This document shows, one piece after another, positions 1-6,400 of a stretch of DNA of 32,000 bases. The stretch is taken from NCBI GenBank assembly GCA_900234795.1, contig LT962688.1:4350001-4382000 (forward strand), read 5' to 3'. The position numbers and the translations under genes are program-made. The notes beneath the pieces are model-generated. The model saw only the letters and a list, made by a program, of their open reading frames with translations, was not told the DNA's origin and searched no databases. The first letter of the stretch is position 1. The number at the start of each line of letters is the position of its first letter. The DNA is from Methylorubrum extorquens (GTDB lineage: Bacteria; Pseudomonadota; Alphaproteobacteria; Rhizobiales; Beijerinckiaceae).

Positions 1-1
1 G

Positions 2-508
2 CGGGCCGGCACCCTGATCGAGACCGTGAGCTTCGCCCTCGTGGCGGGGCTCGGCGCCGCGGTGACGTGGCGAAAGGCGGGGCGGCTTGCCGGCCTTGCC
101 ACCGACGCGCCGCCCGAGGCGTGCGGTCCCGGCTGCGGCCATACCCACCTGACCGATGCCGCCGCCCTCGACCGGCTTGGCGGCTGGCGCGAGCGGGCGG
201 GCGTGGTGCTCGCCGCTGGCTCGCGTCCCTGCGCCGGGGCGGTGCTGATCCTCGTGTTCTGCGCCGCGCAAGGCCTGCTCGCCGCCGGCATCGCCGCGAC
301 CTTCGCCATGGCGCTCGGCACCGCGCTCACCACCGGGGCCTTGGCAAGCCTCGCGGTGTTCGCCAAGGCCCTGGCGCTGCGGCTCGCGGGCGGGCGCGGG
401 CAGGCTGGCGCCCTCGCCGTCGGCGGGCTCGAATTGTTGGCCGGCGCTTTCGTGCTGGTGCTCGGGCTTGCCATGCTGTCGGGATTGGCGACCGGCTTGG
501 GTGGCTAA
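2..508 (+). CDS. Nickel/cobalt transporter family membrane protein (RcnA/NicO-like), C-terminal part; the 5-prime end lies outside the window
   Basis: The frame is open from base 2 with no upstream stop (RAGTLIETVSFALV...). The protein is hydrophobic and multi-TM, with a metal-type loop CGPGCGHTH and a GSRPCAGAVLILVF motif typical of COG2215-type Ni/Co transporters. Third-position GC is high. Confidence 0.6.
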   Translation, partial: RAGTLIETVSFALVAGLGAAVTWRKAGRLAGLATDAPPEACGPGCGHTHLTDAAALDRLGGWRERAGVVLAAGSRPCAGAVLILVFCAAQGLLAAGIAATFAMALGTALTTGALASLAVFAKALALRLAGGRGQAGALAVGGLELLAGAFVLVLGLAMLSGLATGLGG

Positions 509-570
509 ACGCCCTCTCGCCAAGTCCCTCGAAGCTGTGCAAGCTTCTCTTGGATCGGGAGGAGCCCTGC

Positions 571-1311
571 TTGAGCGACCACTACGCCCTCGACGCCTTC
601 GCGCCCCTCCTCAACTGGCGGCTCTTGAAGGGCTCGCACGCCTTCCCCGGACCGGACGGGGGCACCTGCATCAACGAGGCGGCGATGGTCGCGGCGGGGT
701 TGCCCTATCGGGCGATCACCGCGAGTGAGGACTGTCCGCCCTGCTTCTCGCGGCCGCTGGCGGCCTACGCGCTCGGCCTCAACGACGCCATGCCGGAGGC
801 CGAGCGGCAGGGATTGATGGCGTTCGTGTTGCGGCTTTCCGGCTCGGCGGATGCGCCCGCGGTCGAGGCCGCCCGCACCGCCTTCCTCGCGCTTGAGAGC
901 GCCCGCCGCATCCTGCCGCCGCTGCTCGACGCCGCCGGATTGCCGGCGCTCGCCGCACGCTGCGAGACGGCCTCCGATGCGGGCGCGGCCAGGGTTGCGC
1001 TCCGTGCGGCCGAGATGCAGGGCGGCGCGCTGTCCCACGCCGCCGCCGGACGCCACGCCTGGATCGCGGGCGCCCGTGCGTCGGCCGTGTCGCGCACCGC
1101 CACGGCGGCTTTGCGCGCCTTCGACGACCCGCGCAGCGCCGCCGAGGTGGCCGAGGGGGCGGCCCCCTTCGCGGATGGGACATGGCGGATCGCGCTCGGT
1201 CTCCTCGACGCGGCGCTTCGGATCGGCCGACAGGCCCCGGAGATCGATCTGCTCTCGGCCCGCGAGCGCCTGGAAGCCGCGCGGGCCAGCGTTCATGCGA
1301 AATCCAATTGA
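571..1311 (+). CDS. Hypothetical protein (Ala-rich, contains a CPPC motif); function unknown
   Basis: The 67..1311 ORF overlaps the transporter gene in its first 440 nt, so the 5-prime part was rejected. TTG at 571 is preceded by GGGAGGAG (557-564) at good spacing. Downstream composition looks like real protein (LSDHYALDAFAPLLNWRLLKGSHAFPGPDGGTCINEAAMVAAG...). The start is uncertain; TTG 550 is an alternative. Confidence 0.5.
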   Translation: MSDHYALDAFAPLLNWRLLKGSHAFPGPDGGTCINEAAMVAAGLPYRAITASEDCPPCFSRPLAAYALGLNDAMPEAERQGLMAFVLRLSGSADAPAVEAARTAFLALESARRILPPLLDAAGLPALAARCETASDAGAARVALRAAEMQGGALSHAAAGRHAWIAGARASAVSRTATAALRAFDDPRSAAEVAEGAAPFADGTWRIALGLLDAALRIGRQAPEIDLLSARERLEAARASVHAKSN

Positions 1312-1362
1312 TTGCTTCGCAACGTGGATTTCGTGCTCCGCTCAAGCGCCGCGCAGGCTTGA

Positions 1363-1401
1363 TGATACGGTGTCCGCTTTGATCAAGCGGGCATCGTATC
1401 A
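1363..1401. terminator. Nested inverted repeat between convergent genes (possible bidirectional terminator)
   Basis: TGATACG (1363-1369) pairs with CGTATCA (1395-1401), and the inner CCGCTT pairs with AAGCGG. It lies between the stops of 571..1311 (+) and 1399..2010 (-). There is no clear U-tract. Confidence 0.3.
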
Positions 1402-2010
1402 GCCATAGGCGCGCGGGCGCGGCTCCGCCGTGAGATCGACTTCGAGCGCTTCGCAGTTGGCGAGCCAGCGCCCGGTCAGGTGGTAGAAGAAGGTGCAGTG
1501 GCCGACGACCCCGATGGTCCGCTCGGGCCGCGCCCGCAGCCAGTCGCGAAACCCCGAGACGCGCTGGTCGAACAGCGTCCGCGGCTCGACATGCCAGCCG
1601 TCGGGTCCGGCCTCGCCGTCCGCGTACCACCACGTCTCGGGAAGATGGCCGACTTGGAAGGCCGGAAATTCCTGCGCTAGCACCGAGGCCGCCCGGCCGA
1701 TGTCGCAACTGCTCTCCTGGCACTCGCGGTGGAGCACCTCGACCAGCACATCTGGCCGCGCCGGGTGATCGGAGAAGATCCCGGCGGTGGTCTGAAGCGC
1801 CCGGGTCAGCGGCGAGGTGACGACGAGTTCGAACGGAATCGCGCGCAGAGCCGCGCGGGCCGCGGCGACCTGGGCGTGGCCGCGCTCGGACAGGCGCGCA
1901 TCGATATGGCCGGGGTCGCGCCCCGTCGCCTCGTGATGCGCGTTGAACGTCGATTCGCCGTGGCGGATGCAGACGATGCGGGTGGTGGCAGGCGGGGTCG
2001 AGCGGGACAT
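1399..2010 (-). CDS. Histidine phosphatase family protein (phosphoglycerate mutase-like)
   Basis: MSRSTPPATTRIVCIRHGESTFN carries the RHGE catalytic motif, followed by SPLTRALQT and a late GHCTFF His. The ATG is at 2010. The 394-aa ORF extension upstream is Arg/Ser-rich junk and was rejected. Confidence 0.8.
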   Translation of the reverse strand: MSRSTPPATTRIVCIRHGESTFNAHHEATGRDPGHIDARLSERGHAQVAAARAALRAIPFELVVTSPLTRALQTTAGIFSDHPARPDVLVEVLHRECQESSCDIGRAASVLAQEFPAFQVGHLPETWWYADGEAGPDGWHVEPRTLFDQRVSGFRDWLRARPERTIGVVGHCTFFYHLTGRWLANCEALEVDLTAEPRPRAYG

Positions 2011-2254
2011 CGCCCCGATGTAGGCGGTTCGCGCGCCGCGGGAAGCGGGCCGTGACGCCGCGCCCGATCTCCGCACCGATCCGGATGAAGCGTCACCATA
2101 AGCGGGCAAGGGCGCCGCTTTCCGGACATCGCGGGCCGCTCGGGTGCGGAGCGGGGCCGAAGGTTGGCGAAGCGTCCCGTGGCGGCGCAGCGTCCGCTGG
2201 AGGAGCCTTGGCAGGAACCGGCCACCGGGCCGGCATCCGCCGATGGAGGCTCCC

Positions 2255-4456
2255 ATGCTCTCGCTTCCCCACTCCCCGCTTCCTCTGTCCCCGCATTCCC
2301 GATCATCGCTCGCCCACCCGGCTCCGGGCCTGACGCGCAACCTTCTGCTCGGGCCGCTGATCGCCCTCCTGCTCGCCCTCATTGCCGGCATCACGCCGGC
2401 AAGAGCGCTGGATTCGAGGGCGCAGGACGGCAGCGGCACGCTGCTGCTGCGCTTCGACGGCGGCACGCTCGTCGAGGCGCCCCGCCTCAAGGCGGACGCC
2501 GCGATCACCGTGAGCGGCCCGACCGCACGGGCGACGATCACCCAGGCCTTCCGCAATACGACCAGCGAGTGGGTCGAAGGCACCTACCTGTTCCCGCTGC
2601 CGGAGGATGCGGCGGTCGATACGATGAAGCTCGTGGTCGGCGACCGGGTCATCGTCGCCGATATCCGCGAGCGCGCGGCGGCGCGGCGCGTCTACGAGAC
2701 GGCGAAGGCCGAGGGTAAGGCCGCCGCGCTCACCGAGCAGCAGCGAACCAACCTATTCACCAACGCGATCGCCAATATCGGCCCCGGCGAGACGGTGCTG
2801 GTGCAGATCGAGTACCAGCAGCCGGTGCGGTCCTCCGCCGGCACCTATGCTTTGCGCCTGCCGACCGTCGCCGCCCCGCGCTACAGCCCCGCTCCTCCGG
2901 CGGTGATGGCCGTCGTCGAGCGGGGCGCCGCCGCCGATCCCGTCCCGGATCGCGAGAAGATCGCGGCCCCGGTGCTCGACCCGGCCCGCCACGCGCCGAT
3001 CAACCCGCTGACGCTCACCATCGATCTGAAGGCCGGCTTCACCCTGGGCCAGGTGCGCAGCGCCACCCATGCGGTCCGTATCGAGGAGCTGTCCGCGAGC
3101 GAGCGCCGCATTACGCTTGCCGACGGCGCCACCGCCGCCGACCGCGATTTCGAACTGACCTGGACCGCCGCCCCCGGCGAGGCACCCTCGATCGGCCTGT
3201 TCCGCGAGCGGGTGGCGGGGGCCGAGGCGGTGCTCGCCGTCGTGACCCCGCCGGAATCCGCGAGCCCGGCCGCGTCCGTGCCCCGCGACGTGGTGTTCGT
3301 CATCGACAATTCCGGCTCCATGGGCGGCGCCTCGATGCGGCAGGCCAAGGCGAGCCTGCTCATCGGCCTCGACCGGCTGGGCGCGCATGACCGCTTCAAC
3401 GTGATCCGCTTCGATCACAGCTTCGACACGCTGTTTCCCGATCTGGTGCCCGCCGACGCGGGCCATCTGATGCGCGCCAAAAGCTTCGTGGCGGGGCTCC
3501 AGGCGAGCGGCGGCACGGAGATGCTGGCGCCGCTCCAGGCCGCCCTGCGGGACGCGACGCCGGAGGAGTCGGGGCGCCTGCGTCAGGTCGTGTTCCTCAC
3601 CGACGGTGCCATCGGCAACGAGGCGCAGATCTTCTCGGCCATCGCGACGGAGCGCGGGCGCTCGCGGCTGTTCATGGTCGGCATCGGCTCGGCCCCGAAC
3701 GGCTACCTGATGCGCCACGCTGCCGAACTCGGGCAGGGCAGCTTCACCCAGATCGACACGCCCGATCAGGTGACCGAGCGGATGCGCGCCCTGTTGGTGA
3801 AGCTGGAAAGTCCCGCCGTCACCGACCTGACCGCGACCTTCTCCGAGCCCGGCATCGACGTGACGCCTGCCCGTCTGCCCGACCTCTACCGCGGCGAGCC
3901 GCTCACCCTCTCGGCCCGGATGGGGCAGGCCCGCGGCACCCTGACCCTTACCGGCCGGATCGGCGGCCACCCCTGGCAGACGCAGCTGCACCTCGATGCG
4001 GCACAGGACGGGACCGGGATCGGCAAGCTCTGGGCGCGGGCGAAGATCGCCGAGGCCGAGACCGCGCGGCTGACCGGCGGGCTCACGGCGGAGGCGGCCG
4101 ACGCGGCGATCCTGCGGCTGGCGCTCGACCACGGGCTGACGACGCGGCTGACCTCGCTGGTGGCGGTGGACGCCACCCCGCGCCGGCCGGCCGGGATGCG
4201 CCTCGCCAGCACCGAGCTGCCGCTCAACCTGCCGGCCGGCTGGGACTTCGAGACGGTGTTCGGCACGCAGGATGAGGCGCCGCAGCTTCCCCCGCCGCCG
4301 CGCCAGCGCCGCGCCGCGGCCCCGACCACGCAGATCGCGGCCGCGCAAGCCGTGGCGCTGCCGCAGACCGCCACGGATTTCGAGATCCGCGCATGGCTCG
4401 GGGCGCTGCTGCTGGCGCTCGGTCTCGTCCTCTCACGCCGCCGGCTCGCAGCGTGA
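2255..4456 (+). CDS. Sortase target protein of the proteobacterial (class GN) sortase system, with VIT and von Willebrand factor A domains
   Basis: - N-terminal signal/TM segment LLLGPLIALLLALIAG.
- VIT-like region (VEGTYLFPLPEDAAVDTMKLVVGDRVI, ERAAARRVYETAKAEGKAAALTEQQRTNLFT).
- vWA MIDAS motif VVFVIDNSGSMGG.
- C-terminal sorting signal LPQTA (4358-4372), then a hydrophobic helix WLGALLLALGLVL and the basic tail SRRRLAA.
- GGAGG at 2245-2249 precedes ATG 2255; ATG 2243 is an alternative start. Confidence 0.85.
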   Translation: MLSLPHSPLPLSPHSRSSLAHPAPGLTRNLLLGPLIALLLALIAGITPARALDSRAQDGSGTLLLRFDGGTLVEAPRLKADAAITVSGPTARATITQAFRNTTSEWVEGTYLFPLPEDAAVDTMKLVVGDRVIVADIRERAAARRVYETAKAEGKAAALTEQQRTNLFTNAIANIGPGETVLVQIEYQQPVRSSAGTYALRLPTVAAPRYSPAPPAVMAVVERGAAADPVPDREKIAAPVLDPARHAPINPLTLTIDLKAGFTLGQVRSATHAVRIEELSASERRITLADGATAADRDFELTWTAAPGEAPSIGLFRERVAGAEAVLAVVTPPESASPAASVPRDVVFVIDNSGSMGGASMRQAKASLLIGLDRLGAHDRFNVIRFDHSFDTLFPDLVPADAGHLMRAKSFVAGLQASGGTEMLAPLQAALRDATPEESGRLRQVVFLTDGAIGNEAQIFSAIATERGRSRLFMVGIGSAPNGYLMRHAAELGQGSFTQIDTPDQVTERMRALLVKLESPAVTDLTATFSEPGIDVTPARLPDLYRGEPLTLSARMGQARGTLTLTGRIGGHPWQTQLHLDAAQDGTGIGKLWARAKIAEAETARLTGGLTAEAADAAILRLALDHGLTTRLTSLVAVDATPRRPAGMRLASTELPLNLPAGWDFETVFGTQDEAPQLPPPPRQRRAAAPTTQIAAAQAVALPQTATDFEIRAWLGALLLALGLVLSRRRLAA

Positions 4457-5088
4457 GCGGGAGGGCACAACAGGGCGCCGCATCGCGGCGCTCGGGTCGG
4501 AGGGGCCTCGCGGCCTTTCCGGTTTCCTTGCCGGCCTTCCTTTTGACCGCGGCCGGTTTGGTTCTGCTGGCGCAGGCGGCCTGGATTCCGGCCAAGGCGG
4601 CCCTGGCGCAGGTGCTTCTGGAGCGCGCCTTCGCCCGCACCCTGGCCGAGGGCGCGTCGGCCCGCCCCTGGCCCTGGGCCGATACGGTCCCGGTCGCCCG
4701 CATCGGCTTTCCGCGGCTCGGCGAGCGCTACGTGGTGCTCGCCGGATCGAGTGGGCAGGCCTTGGCCTTCGGCCCCGGCCATGTCGAGGGCACACCGGAG
4801 GCGGGCGAGCCGGGAATTGCGGTCTACGCCGCCCACCGCGACACCCAGTTCCGCAGCCTCGGCCGGCTCACGGTCGGGGACGCGATCAAGGTGGAGCGGC
4901 GCGACGGCGTCACCGTCCGCTTCCGTGTCACCGGGCGCCGGGTCGTGCGCTGGGACGCGTCCGGCCTCGATCCGGACGCGCCGGGCCGCCGCCTCATCCT
5001 TGCCACCTGCTGGCCGCTCGATGCAGTGACGTCGGGACCGGAGCGGTTGCTGGTGGAGGCGATGGTCGACGAAACCGCCGAGCCTTGA
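4453..5088 (+). CDS. Class GN (proteobacterial) sortase
   Basis: The GTG start overlaps the target gene stop (GTGA at 4453-4456). There is an N-terminal TM (FPVSLPAFLLTAAGLVLLAQAAW), a conserved His in YAAHRDTQF and the catalytic Cys in LILATCWP. It is adjacent to its single VIT-vWA target. Confidence 0.85.
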   Translation: MSGRAQQGAASRRSGRRGLAAFPVSLPAFLLTAAGLVLLAQAAWIPAKAALAQVLLERAFARTLAEGASARPWPWADTVPVARIGFPRLGERYVVLAGSSGQALAFGPGHVEGTPEAGEPGIAVYAAHRDTQFRSLGRLTVGDAIKVERRDGVTVRFRVTGRRVVRWDASGLDPDAPGRRLILATCWPLDAVTSGPERLLVEAMVDETAEP

Positions 5089-5139
5089 CGCTTCCCTCCT
5101 CTGTACGGTTCTGTGCGGATCCGTCCGGAACCGCACGCG

Positions 5140-5940
5140 ATGTCGCTGATCGAGGCCGATCACCCCGAGACCGAACTCCCCGCCGGGCAGAGCCGCGCCA
5201 TCGCGGACGCCGTGCGCGAGGCCCTCGCCCGCCGCCGGATGTCCCGACAGGCGCTCGCGGACGCGGCCCGCATCAGCATCTCGACCCTTGAGAAGGCGCT
5301 CTCCGGCCGCCGGCCCTTCACGCTGGCCACCACGATCCGCCTGGAGGAGGCGTTGGGCCTTCCCCTGAGGGTGCAGGCCCCCGCGCTGCCGGTGGCGAGC
5401 GCGGAAAAGGCGCGGCACGCGCCGGAGGAGTTCGGCTCCTACACCCGCGAGGCGGTGGCCTTCCTGACCGGGCGCTACCTGACGCTCCGCCCCTCCTTCG
5501 GTCAGGCGGGGGCGATCTTCGCCTACCGCACCGAGATCGTCTGGGATGCCGACAGCGCCCGGCTCGTCTTCCGCGAAGCCGAGCGGCTCGACGCGCCGTT
5601 CGCGCAATCCGGCACCGTTTCGGTGCCGAACCAATCGGGCCAGATCTACCTCGTCACGAACTTCCAGGGGCAGTACCGGCTCGCCGTACTCGGCCGCCCG
5701 ACGATCCAGGGCGAGATGTTCGGCATCCTGACAACGCTGTTCTCCGGCCGCGGCACGCAGCTGACCCCGGCGGCCACCCCGCTCGCCCTGGTGCCGGAGC
5801 GCGGGGCGCTGGCCGAGGGCGCGCAGTACGGGCGCATCACCGCCGGCATGGCCTGCGAGCCGGCCTACCGCCGCCTTCTCGACCGGGTGCGCGAGGATGT
5901 GTTCGCGGTGTTTCCCGGTTGCGGGGAGGGGACGGCCTGA
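5140..5940 (+). CDS. XRE-family helix-turn-helix transcriptional regulator with an uncharacterised C-terminal domain of about 170 aa
   Basis: The HTH segment is RRRMSRQALADAARISISTLEKALSGRRPFTLATTIRLEEALGLPL. The ATG is at 5140; an upstream GTG at 5113 lies inside a palindromic leader and is a less likely start. Confidence 0.7.
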   Translation: MSLIEADHPETELPAGQSRAIADAVREALARRRMSRQALADAARISISTLEKALSGRRPFTLATTIRLEEALGLPLRVQAPALPVASAEKARHAPEEFGSYTREAVAFLTGRYLTLRPSFGQAGAIFAYRTEIVWDADSARLVFREAERLDAPFAQSGTVSVPNQSGQIYLVTNFQGQYRLAVLGRPTIQGEMFGILTTLFSGRGTQLTPAATPLALVPERGALAEGAQYGRITAGMACEPAYRRLLDRVREDVFAVFPGCGEGTA

Positions 5941-5944
5941 GCCG

Positions 5945-6265
5945 TCAGGCGGTGCTCGACAGCTTCATCAGCACGAGGCCGCTGACGATCAGCACCGCCG
6001 CCAGAATGCGGGTGGCGTTCATCGCCTCGCCGAGGAAGGCGATGCCGACAATGAAGGCGCCGACCGCGCCGATGCCGGTCCAGATCGTGTAGGCGGTGCC
6101 GAGCGGCAGGCTGCGCATCGCCCAGGCGAGGCAGGCAAAGCTCAAGCCCATGGTGACGAGGGTGATGACGCTCGGCCAGAGGCGGGAGAACCCCTCCGAC
6201 TGCTTCATCGCGAAGGCCCAGACGACCTCCAGCAAACCGGCGAAGACGAGAACGATCCAGGCCAC
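5945..6265 (-). CDS. sugE: SMR-family small multidrug resistance protein, SugE/Gdx (guanidinium exporter) type
   Basis: A 106-aa, 4-TM protein. MAWIVLVFAGLLEVVWAFAMKQSEGF carries the conserved membrane Glu, followed by LPLGTAYTIWTGIGAVG. The GTG start at 6265 is preceded by GAGG. Confidence 0.85.
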   Translation of the reverse strand: MAWIVLVFAGLLEVVWAFAMKQSEGFSRLWPSVITLVTMGLSFACLAWAMRSLPLGTAYTIWTGIGAVGAFIVGIAFLGEAMNATRILAAVLIVSGLVLMKLSSTA

Positions 6266-6340
6266 GGCAGCCTCATGTGGTTCATGAGCCGGGCCGTCCC
6301 GGACTTCGGCCCTGATGGGGGGAGGACGTTGCCTCGCGAG
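6266..6340 (-). promoter_or_regulatory. Structured sugE leader; candidate guanidine-II (mini-ykkC)-like riboswitch with an SD-sequestering hairpin
   Basis: - On the minus strand, CCGGG-ACGG-CCCGG (plus-strand coordinates 6289-6302) is a canonical ACGR-loop hairpin.
- A second hairpin, GAGG-CAACGT-CCTC (6322-6335), lies 19 nt upstream and carries ACGU, which is non-canonical.
- CTCATG-AACCA-CATGAG (6272-6288) pairs the Shine-Dalgarno GAGG.
- Only one of the two hairpins fits the consensus. Confidence 0.35.
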
Positions 6341-6400
6341 GATTCAGCTAAAGTCTGAGGCACCGGAGTCACGTGTGCCATCGCACGGCGGGCGAGGGGG

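Noticed and set aside
67-570. The 5-prime portion of the 414-aa ORF 67..1311.
   Set aside because: It overlaps the Ni/Co transporter gene in another frame and translates to Arg-rich junk. A TTG with a strong RBS at 571 gives a non-overlapping gene.
2011-2583. The N-terminal 190-aa extension of the histidine phosphatase ORF (1399..2583).
   Set aside because: The extension is Arg/Ser/Gly-rich, overlaps the divergent sortase-target gene start region and precedes the RHGE motif by far more than family members need. The ATG at 2010 gives a normal 203-aa protein.
6266-6400. A guanidine-I (ykkC) or guanidine-III riboswitch upstream of sugE.
   Set aside because: The characteristic conserved blocks as I remember them are not present (for example the GGGA/ACACGG-type core of ykkC, or the ACCCGG...CAGGACAAGACGG core of class III). 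Only the mini-ykkC-like ACGG hairpin is seen.
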